Shown piece by piece: positions 29,101-41,592 of a stretch of DNA of 64,000 nt. The DNA comes from Bispira polyomma. Its lineage: Eukaryota. The notes under the pieces were generated by a model, which saw nothing but the letters and a program-made list of their open reading frames with translations, had not been told where the DNA came from and ran no database searches. Within the stretch, counting starts at the first letter, position 1, and every line of letters begins with the position of its first letter. The translations under genes and the position numbers were made by a program. The stretch covers positions 57,908,001 through 57,972,000 of the forward strand of contig OZ287752.1 in NCBI GenBank assembly GCA_965649765.1, written 5' to 3'.

Positions 29101-29574
29101 TTGCCAGAGTCCAGAATCTCTAAAAGGTCCTTGACACACAGACACAGGGGTGCTTTGTGTAAGACAATTGTATTTACATAAAAAGTGTAAGAATCACCCA
29201 CACTCCACACCACAGTAATATCATTAGCTGATCCCCAGGCCCGAGGTAAATCTGTTTTAAGTAAGCCCCCAGGACATTGGCCTCTCCCTGGAAGAAGGAG
29301 TCAAAAGATGAGGAGTCAAGAAGCCATTAGTATGGGCACTCTAACGTTTACACAAGAGAACCATTGGCATTCTCATGTCCATTAGGTAAAAAGTGAACGT
29401 TTTCAGTTGAGCATTAGTTTATGTTATAATTTGAACATGTAATATTGTAATGTATTACCTTCAATAACGCCTAATACACTGTAAGCCGTTCTCGTAAGTG
29501 CATATCCAGAGTCATAACTATCATTTGATATATCACAGTTATGAACATCACTGTTATCTAATGGGCTTTGACAT

Positions 29575-29820
29575 TATTGCAGTCTGGGGTCTTCCACTTG
29601 TCAACCAAATGTTCAGTCTTAACTCCAGTAGGAAGCATACTATCCATGCTGCCACATACGGTGAACAAAGACTAAACACCTATTAGCGGCCAGGTACCCA
29701 TTTATACACCTGGGTAGAGAGGGGCAACTTACTTTGTACAATCACCAGTCCAGGAGCGAGGATCGAACCACGACTCTCAGGATCTTTAAGATCCAAAATC
29801 AGACACTCTAACCGCTGAGA
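29575..29820 (-). mobile_element. SINE family A copy
   Basis: Homologous to 3565-3781; contains CCAGGTGTATAAATGGGTACC and GGTTCGATCC on the minus strand. Confidence 0.8.
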
Positions 29821-29911
29821 ATGAATAATCTGTTTCCAGTGACCACCGTACATTAAAACTACCTGAAAGGGTAAGCCAAACAAAACCAATTTGTCTTTTA
29901 CTTACTTTTAA

Positions 29912-30137
29912 ATTTTTGTTGGGTTTTACGTCACTTTTGACAACATAGGTCATATCACTATTCAATAGACAGATTTAATGGTAGAAGAAAACCAGTGCTG
30001 AAGCAACTGTAAACCACCGACCTATGGAAAGTACCTGACAAACTTTCCCACATAAAGGGGCGATTGATATGCGAACCCACATTGGTGATAGGCCAATGAT
30101 TATAAAGCAGCCACTTTTAACTACTAGGCCACCGCAG
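29912..30137 (-). mobile_element. SINE family C copy
   Basis: Aligns with 14246-14470; head TGCGGTGGCCTAGTAGTTA on the minus strand. Confidence 0.72.
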
Positions 30138-31854
30138 ACAATAACCTACTTTCAAATGTTGAAAGTGTTAAACCTGCCTTTACTTGAGTAGGGAAGTGAT
30201 TGCCACAGTGAAAGCGCAAGGGCCACATTTACTAAATGGACTGATACTAGCAGACAAAAAGACATTTTTCAAGAGTTAGTCCACTAAATTGCACCAAATT
30301 TCCTAACGACCAAAAATCTGAGCTGTTTTTGTGCGATTGACCGTCACCTCGTGCTAAATAAAGTATATAATGTGTAGCAAGGAATATCTTTAGATTACAT
30401 ATAGGAAAGTCAGTTAGTTTAAAAAATATTTCATTTACCTTTGCATAGATTTCTAGGATGCACATAATATACCTACCTTGTTTTCAGTGAACTTTAGATT
30501 ATGTGAGGCCAAACAAATCAAAGATCCGATTGAAGGTCAAATGTGGGTGGATTAATAGAAATACTTGGGATAAATGCTTTTATTTACAGGTTAATAAAAT
30601 AATGTGTAAATAGACATCTATACTAGTCATAAACCTATATCCTAGCATAAATGCAATTAAAAATATCAAATAAGTTTAAGCACAAAATTAACCACAATTA
30701 AGAGTATATAAAGCTAATGTAGAAAGTGTAGAATAAATATCTCCAATAATGACATGGTTGGTGACTATATTAAATATGATGCTTGTTGATGCGTTGAATT
30801 TAGAATTTAGTTGCATTTTACATGGCTTACAACTGCTTAGGCCAATTTACGACGACCAGATGTAATAATGTTGGAGGGAACCAGTGCTACAGCAATGTAA
30901 ACCATCAGCCTATGGCAAGTATCAGACAAACTTTGCCACATGAAGTAATGAACGCGTTGACGTCTTGAAAGACAATTTGAAAATGAGGGACAAATTTTAT
31001 TAGTTTTGGTATGGATGAATGCACCAGATTTGTGGTTATGTGGTAAACAAGGAATTACTGTAAAGTAAGTAATTTGTACCCACTGACATTTACCATGCAT
31101 TCTACAATAATTAAATTGAGATGGTCATCCCTATGTACTTAATGTGATCTATTTCCTCTTATATGTCTACCTCATTTAATTGATACAAAGCTACATTGGT
31201 TTTAAGGAGGAGGATGATTGCTTCCAACCAATTCATGAAGGCCATCATATTATTTCTAAGATGGGAGCTCCCTTTTTAAAACCAAAACAACATCGGGCTG
31301 CGCCTAATAAAAACTTCAGGGTTTCTAAGACCCCCCCTCCCCCATTTCTGCCCTATTTTTTCTTATCACTGGAAGATAAATGACGGGAGAACTACGAGTG
31401 AAATCTTTAAAAAGCATAAAGAATTTCTTGCTCAAGATTCACTCAATAAATTAGTTCTGAAACAGACAACTAATCGAAAGGTCACATTAACATTCACTCA
31501 GGAAGTCCCCCATCTTTTTGTGCCTCTTCCCCCTTTTTATTGATTACAGTTGAAAACTGTTGTAAACTGCAAACATTGCACAAGCCTAAATAGGATTTGC
31601 TTGGCTACAAATGAAAGATGAAATGTACTAAAGTTACTACAGTTACCTACAATAAATGTATATGTGGCATAGTATTCTTTTTAAAGAAAAAAAAAACAGC
31701 CATGCACTAAGCCTGTAAAATCAGGTATGTAAATTAGTTGACTTGATATTTGGATCACTTTCATCAGCAATCTATTTTATCGGTGAAAATAATCTCTGAC
31801 TACCTGACTACAAACACAAGAAATTCTATTCAGCTCTCGCCTCGGTGAGGTAGT

Positions 31855-32030
31855 GAATATTTTTCAGCACCACAATCGATGTCCAGGCATTCCCTGTGGC
31901 ACAGATCCTAATCAAGGCCCAGAAGGGACAGTCCCATAATACATAGCATTTGTCATTACCAGTACTTTGCATCTTGTCCAAGGATTAATCTTAATCCCCT
32001 GTAACTATTCCAACTTTTACTGGGAGTCTA
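31855..32030 (-). mobile_element. LINE 3'-end remnant, same family as 4868-5130
   Basis: Shares 18 bp CAATCGATGTCCAGGCAT with the other remnant; upstream minus-strand PSKSWNS motif. Confidence 0.5.
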
Positions 32031-32389
32031 ACAGGGAAATAACCAGACCAATTTTACAGCCGGGAGTTGAACAGGATACCATCTGATTAAAAGACCAATT
32101 CTGTAACGACAATATTTTGTTTTGGGGGATCCATTTCAGTAACTGACCAGCAAAACTACAAGATCAAATAAGATAAATAATTTTGAAAGTTACTCAGTAG
32201 AGTATGTACCTCTGCTCCACAATGCCAAAATTGAAAAAGTTCCCGTTCACCAATCTTTCAAGATCCACTTTAATGGATTCTTCTGCGCCCCATCCTGATT
32301 GGTACAGTTTTTGGGCGAAACAAACAAATCAAGCTGTACTCCAACCCAGGTCTCCTTTCTTTCTAAGTAAGTGTGTGACCCACTAATTA

Positions 32390-32864
32390 TCGTGCTGTTC
32401 CACTTTCAAGATTATAGTCGGGAGGGGCCCTGATTATATCATCATGGCCAATCCTTGGCATTTCTCCACGATTTTTAGAAAAAGATGGGACAATTTACAT
32501 ATAAAGATTAAAAAAGGTTAAAAAAAATTCTTAAGCGAACAAGATAGGTGTTAAATCCACTATGATCTCATAAAGATAAGTTGGCAAGCCTTGCTGTTTC
32601 AGGTGAAATTTAAAATTTTTGTCAATTTTTGGAAAAGATAAGTTGTTGGAAGGAAAATATAACTCTGGAGGGGACCCAACTTATCAGCCGATACATACTT
32701 ACTCGCAGCGGTTTTCTAACATGTTTGAAAACCTCTGCAACCTCATTGATTGGAAAAGCTGAATTTTTTAAGTTGTTAGTGGGCCGAATTGTCCACGATA
32801 ATGGTCTCCAAACTTATAATCGTTAAGGTCGGGGGGATTTAATCGGTATAGTGGAACAGGAGTA
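32390..32864. mobile_element. Non-autonomous PIF/Harbinger MITE
   Basis: TIR core CTGTTCCACT...AGTGGAACAG flanked by TTA and TAA. The reverse complement of the right end (TTCCACTAT..GATT..TCCCCCCGACCTT) matches the left end of the Harbinger at 60530. Confidence 0.7.
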
Positions 32865-35104
32865 TAAAGGATACGGGTATGACGTAATCCTGGTGATGAA
32901 CCAACGAACTGACACACAGCCAAAAACCATCACCTTCTTGTATTGAGGTAATGAATACTAGCCAATGATCATACCACCTATTTTTTAAAGGATCCTGCTC
33001 ATTGTCGATCTAGCTCAGATACAAAAATTAGCTCACTAGAGTGTAACCACACAACCTGCATTTGGGCCACATGCGTCGACATGTCTTGATGAAGCCCATC
33101 AATTTTGAATGGCTATCTGTCAATGGGTCATCAATGAGATCCCAACCCAAGGCCATTCCAATTTGTACTACTACAAAGTAGGTTTCCCTACAAACCTTAA
33201 TGCCTAAACGAAAGCTCTTTCTGAAGCATTATACACTTGTAATGCTCCCTGGGGCAGTTCTCTTTCTGAGTGTGCATTTTTAAAGGGGGGGGGGGGGAGA
33301 CTGGGAAGAAAACTAAGCAAATAAAAGATTTGTAATGATGATTATAGGTAGTCAATGATGAACGACAACAAATAGGTTTAAAAAGACCATGTGTATTTGA
33401 GATAAACTTAAAGGTGAAGTTTAGTTGGAAGAATTTTTAATAAGAGATTGACTTCAAGGAGTTTACCAGAAGTAAGAAGTATAAAAAATTCCAACTTGGG
33501 CTATGATAATATGACAAAATACTAGATGGGCTATGATGCATAGCAACCATCAGTTGCAATCCATAAGAATTGATATGTGTCATCAAAACATATATCACAC
33601 ATCCAAGTAATAGCAATATATTCCAAGCGTGTCAATTTCTTTCTTTTTTTTGAGTTGAGATTTTAATAGCCATAGCTGCTTTCCATTTATGCTACAAGAG
33701 TTACACAATTTCCCACATATGTTTTCGTTTTTTACAAAGCTGTGTTGGAATGTTATGCTATGACATTAGCTATGGTACTAGAGTAGAAAGTAGGCTGGTA
33801 GTTTGTGTTTACTGAGACGTTTACCATGTGGTATGATATATTCTACTCAAAAACTAACAGTTTAAACCGCCCCCTCACCCATGTTATTGGAGTATAAACA
33901 TATTTTAAAAATCACAGTTGTCACTTTTATGCAATTATTTCCAGACACTGTTCACTATTATATGCATTAAATGTCCTTGCTAAAAAAAGAGCCAGGACAT
34001 TTTGGATATGATATAATTTTTATTTTATTATTATTGTTAGACTGTGCAATTCATCCATTTTTATGTCCAATAATATTACTACTGTCACTACTATATGAAT
34101 TACATGCCCTTGCTGATAAATAGCTAGGAATAAAACCATATTCCATTATATAAATGACAACACCAAAAGCAGTGATCCATTTGAAAGATTTGGGAAGACT
34201 GTAATGGACAACAGAATCACGTGACTACATGAAGCTGTAAATAGACGGCATGAAACATTTATCATCCCAGTGAGGCTCAAGATCTTGTAATGAATATAGA
34301 GACCTTGAGTGTAGTAACAGACAAAAACTCAGGGTTTTTACAGCAGTTATATCATCCATGAATCAAAGTGGTTGTCAGCATCTACTTAATTTCAAATCTC
34401 ATTCATCACAAATCCTCTCTTGACAGGGTTCTTCTGACCGGAGATATAATGTGTCAAAGTTAATGTAAACCACTCCACTAAAAACTCAGGTGCTAATGTA
34501 AAACAAAAAAACTTTTTGCAGATAAATAGGATTCCTTGAACTGGTTCAGGGAGTTTTGAGGGTTTAAATGTCTTTATCATTCATCATTGTCAAGTTGTAA
34601 TACAATATATAAAGTGTTACATTGAGTAAAACCTAAAAAAACATTGTGTGCATGCGCTGAGGAGGAGTTTACTTTCTATTGGCTGTTACTAGGTCAAGGT
34701 TGTACTGATGATTTTTTTTGCCAAAAAAATAATTTTCCATATTACGTATAATCTAGTTATTGTAAGAAGCAATAGTAGAACGAAGTACCATATTCACCAC
34801 TTCCTTGAATTGCATTAATTAAAGATATAGGACTTTTGCTTAGCAAGACCAGCACACTCCCAACAGTAGTGGTAATCTTTCTGTCATTTGTAAGTACATG
34901 ATTTGTATTTTTACACAGACAACTTTTTTTTTATACTTTACACAAAGGCTTATACACAAGTTTTGTGTATTTAAAGAAGACTTATATTTGTGTATTTTAT
35001 TTTAAACACTAATATTTCAGTATATTCTATGTAGAGTGTATTCTGCACAGAATAGAGAATATAATAAATGAAATGAACATAAGGCATTTTATTCATTTTA
35101 TTTT

Positions 35105-36040
35105 CTATTCAGAGGCCTTATGTACAAGCTTTGTGTATCCTATAAAGAGGCCTTATGTACAAGCTTTGTGTATCCTTTACAGAGGCCTTATGTACAAGCT
35201 TTGTTTATCCTATACAGGTGCCTTATATACAAGCTTTGTGTATCCTATACAGAGGCCTTATGTACAAGCTTTGTTTATCCTATACAGGTGCCTTATATAC
35301 AAGCTTTGTGTATCCTATACAGAGGCCATATATACAAGCTTTGTGCATCGTTTACAGAGACCTTATGTACAAGCTTTGTGTATCTTTTACAGAGGCCTTA
35401 TGTACAAGCTTTGTTTATCCTATACAGGTGCCTTAGACAACTTTTTTTCTATACTTTACACAAAGGCTTATATACAAGCTTTGTGCATCGTTTACAGAGG
35501 CCTTATATACAACCTTTGTGTATTCAATACAGAGAACTTATGTACAAGCTTTGTGTATCCTATACAGAGGCCTTATGTACAAGCTTTGTGTATTCAATAC
35601 AGAGGCCTTATGTACAAGCTTTGTGTATTCAATACAGAGAACTTATATACAAGCTTTGTGTATCCTATACAGAGACCTTATGTACAATCTTTGTGTATCC
35701 TATACAGAGGCCTTATGTACAAGCTTTGTGTATTCAATACAGAGGCCTTATGTACAAGCTTGGTGTATCCTATACAGAGGCCTTATGTACAAGCTTTGTG
35801 TATCATATACAGAGGCCTTATGTACAAGCTTGTTGTATCCTATAAAGAGGCTTTATATACAAGCTTTGTGTGTCCTATACAGAGGCCTTATGTACAAGCT
35901 TGGTGTATCCTATAAAGAGGCTTTATATACAAGCTTTGTGTGTCCTATAAAGAGGCTTTATATACAAGCTTTGTGTATTCTATACAGAGGCCTTATGTAC
36001 AAGCTTTGTGTATCCTATACAGAGGCCTTATGTACGAGCT
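35105..36040 (+). repeat. 35-bp minisatellite (TGTGTATCCTATACAG|AGGCCTTATGTACAAGCTT), ~27 copies, spanning the 3' splice site of the GPCR TM7 exon
   Basis: First AG at 35111-35112 and last at 36021-36022 are 910 bp = 26x35 apart. The last unit runs directly into coding sequence. A degenerate outlier lies at ~34915-34985. Confidence 0.95.
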
Positions 36041-36176
36041 GCAATGTTCCAGCCTGGTTGTTCAAGATCATCTTCTGGTTGGGTTACTGTAACAGCACCA
36101 TGAATCCTATCATCTACGCATGCTCAAGTCGGGAGTTCAAGAGAGCCTTTATCAGGGTACTGCTCTGTAGATGCAG
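36023..36176 (+). CDS. ADRA1: Alpha-1-adrenergic-like aminergic GPCR, ECL3/TM7/helix-8 exon
   Basis: (E)[51 protein letters not shown] has NPxxY and closely resembles vertebrate alpha-1 [30 protein letters not shown]. Phase-1 acceptor after TM6, as in alpha-1 genes; donor AG|GTATGC at 36177. TM1-6 exon(s) are not in the window. An alpha-type octopamine receptor is the alternative call. Confidence 0.85.
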
Positions 36177-36659
36177 GTATGCCCCACTCCGTTATATGGT
36201 GTAAATGTTATACACAAGTAACTGTTTTTAACAACACATAAAATGCTGTTTCACCTGTTGACCCATAGCACATGATAATATAAACATTTGGATGGCTGCA
36301 ACAAAACTTGGCCTAGATTTTTCTTTTGTCTTGTACAAATAAATAGTAAGAAATCCACGTTATAGAAATGTTATAGAGACATTAGTATGTGAATGGGTTG
36401 CATTAAGAGAATAATAATATTCAATATGGCTGTTGATAGATATTTATGCTAAATATACTCACTGTTATACTTCCTTTAGCTATCCTTATACCCTGGTTCA
36501 AGTTAAAGGCTCTGTCTACATGGATCATAAGTTCTTTATGAATAGGTATGATATATTAGGAAATTGTAAGATAATTGATGAAACATGCAATCTAGTGATA
36601 TATAAATTCAGTGAAAAAATAATGTTATTTGTCACCTCTGTTCTGTTATATTATTGCAG

Positions 36660-36826
36660 ACGGCGATTTCCAGCCTACATTACTAACACAAGCAAGGGTT
36701 ATAGGACAAAGTCTAGACTGGCACGCATGAAGGGAGCCATGAAGTTATGTACCCGAGGTCAGAGTAGTCGTATAAAGAAGACACATAGTTACAGAGGAAC
36801 TCATACCAAAGACAACACTATCTGTT
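36660..36826 (+). CDS. ADRA1: Same GPCR, proximal C-terminal tail exon (first donor shown)
   Basis: Acceptor TTATTGCAG; the phase-2 join gives CRCR-RRFPAYITN...KDNTIC; donor GTT|GTAAGT at 36827 (phase 1). Confidence 0.75.
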
Positions 36827-38434
36827 GTAAGTACAGTTATAAGGGAACTCATACCGAAGATAACATTATCTGTTGTAAGTACAGTTATAGGGGAAATCAT
36901 ACAAAAGACAACATTATCTGTTGTAAGTACAGTTATAGGGGAAATCATACAAAAAACAACATTATCTGTTGTAAGTACAGTTATAGGGGAAATCATACAA
37001 AAGTCAACATTATCTGTTGTAAGTACAGTTACAGGGGAACTTATACCAAAGACAACATTATCTGTTGTAAGTACAGTTATAGGGGAACTTATATCAAAGA
37101 CAACATTATCTGTTGTAAGGAGAGCTATAAGGGAACTCATACCAAAGACAACATTATCTGTTGTAAGTACAGTTGTAAGTACAGTTATGAGGGAACTCAT
37201 ACCAAAGACAACATTATTTGTTGTAAGTACAGTTATAGGGGAAATCATACAAAAGACAACATTATCTGTTGTAAGTACAGTTATAGGGGAACTTATACCA
37301 AAGACAACATTATCTGTTGTAAGTACAGTTATAGGGGAACTCATACCAAAGACAACATTATCTGTTGTAAGTACAGTTATAGGGGAACTCATACCAAAGA
37401 CAACATTATCTGTTGTAAGTACAGTTATAGGGGAACTCATACCAAAGACAACATTATCTGTTGTAAGTACAGTTATAGGCGAACTTATATCAAAGACAAC
37501 ATTATCTGTTGTAAGGAGAGCTATGAAGGAACTCATACCAAAGACAACATTATCTGTTGTAAGTACAGTTGTAAGTACAGTTATGAGGGAACTCATACCA
37601 AAGACAACATTATCTGTTGTAAGTACAGTTATAGGGGAAATCATACAAAACACAACATTATCTGTTGTAAGTACAGTTATAGGCGAACTTATATCAAAGA
37701 CAACATTATCTGTTGTAAGGAGAGCTATAAAGGAACTCATACCAAAGACAACATTATCTGTTGTAAGTACAGTTATAGGGGAAATCATACAAAAGACAAC
37801 ATTATCTGTTGTAAGTACAGTTATAGGGGAAATCATACAAAAGACAACATTATCTGTTGTAAGTACAGTTACAGGGGAACTTATACCAAAGACAACATTA
37901 TCTGTTGTAAGTACAGTTATAAGGGTACTCATATCAAAGACAACATTATCTGTTGTAAGTACAGTTATAGGGAAACTCATACCAAAGACAACATTATCTG
38001 TTGTAAGGAGAGCTATAAGGGAACTCATACCAAAGACAACATTATCTATTGTAAGTACAGTTATAGAGGACTCATATGAAAGACAACACTATCAGTTGTA
38101 AGTACAGTTTTAGGGAGGTCATACCAAAGACAGCACTATCTATTGTAAGTACAGTTATAAGGGTACTCATATCAAAGACAACATTATCTGTTGTAAGTAC
38201 AGTTATAGGGAAACTCATACCAAATACAACACTATCTGTTATACACTTATAGGGGAACTCATACCAAAGACAACATTTTCTGTTGTACATACAGTTATAG
38301 GGGAAATTATACCAAAGACAACATTATCTGTTGTAAGTACAGTTGTAGGGGAACTCATACCAAAGACATCACTATCTGTTGTAAGTACAGTTATAGGGGA
38401 ACTCATACCAAAGACAACACTATCTGTTGTAAGT
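36787..38434 (+). repeat. 48-bp minisatellite (GGAACTCATACCAAAGACAACATTATCTGTT|GTAAGTACAGTTATAGG), ~34 copies, spanning the 5' splice site
   Basis: Unit encodes CCKYSYRGTHTKDNII (16 aa). Nearly every unit has GTAAGT or GTAAGG. The last unit continues into unique intron (GTAAGTTTTTC at 38429). Confidence 0.95.
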
Positions 38435-39939
38435 TTTTCTGGTAAAGATTGTTATGTTCACAGTGATAAGCAATGACACCCAAATGAAGTGCTAACCTGA
38501 TCCCTCAGTATAGAATTTGATTCTATCCCCCTTTGTATATCCATGGTAGCCAGATATAGAGCTATAATCACCCTGTCTCAGATATATCCCCACAAGGGCC
38601 AGGGGTTTGTATTAGAAAAACAAAATTTCTAGCTTAACTTGGACACTCAAACTGCCATCTATTTTCTCCATACTGAAATATGTATTCAAATGAATACTCA
38701 ATAGGTGAGATAGGTGCAAATTCCTATAAATAACTTTTTGTTCAGTTGAGTAAGAGTTATTAGGCTTCAAGGCCTCACCTGACCTTGAGTGACCTTGGAA
38801 CAAGCGAGAGATGAAGTTTGGGATACCATTTATTATTTATGCAATTTATTTACAGACTAATGTAAATGACATCTTAAACAGACTTTAACAACTTAAATTA
38901 AGCAAAAGTTAAGGTTTCCTTAAATATGGTTGACGCCTTTGAATTGACAGAAATAATGAGTTCAGATTTAAATTCTAAATGAATGAGCTGTTAAAAACAT
39001 CTCTACATAACCTTACATTTAGGTTAAAATGAGCCACTTGGGGCCTTTTTTGAATTGCAGACGATTAGGTCAAATATAAATTACACCAATGTATGGTCCT
39101 TAATCTATGCTGGGGATAGGGCCCTTGGTCATTGGAGTATGCTACAGAAAAGGATAGACAACACTGCCACTTGAAATCAATAGCCAGTGTCTGGGGGATT
39201 CTGATTAGCAAGGCAAACCTCTAACACTACTTTATTTGCTCCTATAAAATTTAATAAACCAGCAGACAGGGAAAGAGGGGTGAGGGGGTGAGATATCCTT
39301 GTGTTTTTTTAATAGCCTATGCAAAGCTACAGGGGACAGATAGTTTACATGTACATATATCCATCTGGCGGTGAAATTTCTCCCCGATGATTTTTTTGGT
39401 ACTGGGACTATGATTTAATAACACAGGTTTGTTCAGCTTTAAAAGGGTTCACCAATAACTTTGTTTAGGGAGTCCCTTATGTATTTGTATTTTGGTTGAG
39501 TGTTTACCTGATCAGTCAATTTTACATTAATGTCAAACGTTTGTAGATAAAATCCTTCTTTTCATCTAAATTTACCAAAAACCCTTAAGAAGATAAAATA
39601 AGGCATTTTAATATTTCTATATATTTAATATTTACATTTGTAAGTGTCTGAATATCTTTTATTAAAATTTCAATATTTATAACACTAAAAGTGAATATAT
39701 TTTCAAAAGTTTATAATCGAGTGTATAATTGGCTAGGAATTTAAAAAAAATCAGTAATTTTCCCCTTAATTTTACTATTAATACTTTTTGGGGGGAAATA
39801 TAGGTATAAATTTTTAGTTAGAAATGATTATAATTATGTACTCTCATTATCAAAAACACAGGTTAGCTAAATTTAATTCCTTGTGACAATGTCCACTTTA
39901 CACCACATCAATTCTTATTGTTCTTGTTATTTTTATCAG

Positions 39940-40838
39940 CATCACAAAGTGCCAACAAACTGAACCCTCAGACAGCTTGGTCTAATCCATCCCATAGTAG
40001 CCACATGGTGCGTAAAGAGACCATGGACTCGTTAGTGATCAGCGATGACGAATCTGCAATTCACGAGTTCTCCTCCTCGGAAAGTGAAGGTGATGGTATG
40101 GACGATGGTTTGCTGATGCGTACGAACAGAGAGAACAACAACTACCAGTGTCACTTGTCAGAACAGGACGCCACCAAGATCAGGTTCAAAGACATGGATG
40201 CTGTGATATACAGCAACCGAGGTACTGCAGATGTCATCATCGAGGATAACGCGATGTTACAGACCAATGGGATTCAGCCCCACCAAAAGATCAAGAGCAG
40301 AAACGTCAGTGCTTCAGACAGTGAACTCTATAACAGGAGTCACATGTACTTGTGCAGCCATAGACACAAGAAGTACAACTGTGGCTACAGTGCCATAAAG
40401 CAAGAGGACACCATAGACCACGAACTCCCTTCCCTCAATACTGGCTGTGATTCCCAGTATAGAAGAGAAAGACTCAGTACCGTACCAAACCGAGCAGTCA
40501 CCTTGAAAGGGATCCCTTACCATATAGAAGTGAACCCTGACGCAGCAGCAGTAGGCTTAGGTGAACCTGGTGATTTACAGGGATCAATTTGTGCTTCGCA
40601 AGAAACCGTTCTGTCAGCAATTACTGACAACTGTGATGTAATGAGAGGCCCTGGCCATACCAGAGATACAGGTGTAGATGTTAATTCAGCTGAAAAGACT
40701 TGTGGCCAACAGTCTCAGCAAAGTAAATCAACAGAAGTAAATAAAAAGTTGGACCAGGGTACTAGTTTAAAGAAGGTAAACTATGTGTCTGTGCCAATTA
40801 TAGTCATAGACCCAAACAATGGGACCAATGATAACTAA
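39940..40838 (+). CDS. ADRA1: Same GPCR, terminal coding exon (long Ser/acidic intracellular tail)
   Basis: Polypyrimidine tract plus TCAG acceptor at 39938-39939; phase 1 fits the 36827 donor (T|CA = Ser). ~299 open codons to TAA; AATAAA near 40999. Confidence 0.75.
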
Positions 40839-41337
40839 ATACCAAGGTTTCCTGTATCACAACGTCCTCTACAACACTCAAGATGTTCTGCATGAATCCA
40901 TTATTAATACGGCTACAAAGACTGCTACAAAGGGGGCATATTAACATCAGAACTCAAGATAAAATGTTTATTTTTTGTTAATCATACTATATATTTGTAA
41001 TAAAATTTTGCGTTATAACCATGTTTTTTGTTGTTGTTTCTAAATCATATTGATAGTTATGAGCACATATTTATTTATATATCTTTTTATTAATATACTG
41101 CATCCAGTATCATTCTGGTTTAAATACAGCAGATTGTTTTGGGGTAAAAAAGTCTTGAAATTACAAGTCATCATTGGCAATTTAGCAATGTATTGAATGC
41201 ATTGTTCTCAAGATACCAAGTAACAAAATAGTCCATATATAGTCTTGTTTTTTAAATACCACAAACTGAAAGATGATTATTCAGTTATAATCTAAAAACA
41301 TTTGGTCCAATACATCTACAGTCAACCCCCTTGAAGT

Positions 41338-41592
41338 TTGAATTTTGAATTGAGATATTTAACGTCCACTCTAGTAAATGTTTAGGTTATATTGGGACGG
41401 GTAGTTGAAAACGCTGGAGGAAACACTGCATACAGTTGATCAAGGTTCTGCACTGAAACCAGCGGCCCACACTAAGGAACTGCCACCTTTCACATGTTGG
41501 CATCGACAGGAGTCGAACTCACACTGCCCAGATGTAAGAGACCAGTGATTTTGAAGTGCAATGCTTGCTAACCACTAGGCCACCGCGGCCCC
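41338..41592 (-). mobile_element. SINE family B copy
   Basis: Aligns end to end with 25917-26168; imperfect TSD CAACCCC(C)T. Confidence 0.88.

Noticed and set aside
32400-32850. Continuation of the LINE ORF2 remnant
   Set aside because: Bounded by CTGTTCCACT TIRs and related to Harbinger ends, so better explained as a MITE.
1391-34580. Many 60-115 aa ORFs in the first 35 kb
   Set aside because: No recognisable domains; most overlap SINE/LINE remnants or AT-rich intron sequence.
35073-35915. Overlapping long ORFs (280, 241 and 93 aa) in the 35-bp array as standalone genes
   Set aside because: They are rotations of one stop-poor 35-bp unit; only the 3' end of ORF 35518-36204 is a recognisable protein.
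36745-38101. 427-aa minus-strand and 304-aa alternate-frame ORFs
   Set aside because: By-products of a 48-bp unit with no stops in those frames; no independent gene signals.
35105-38434. CRISPR array interpretation of the 35-bp and 48-bp repeats
   Set aside because: Units are contiguous with no unique spacers, no cas genes are present, and the context is a spliced eukaryotic gene.
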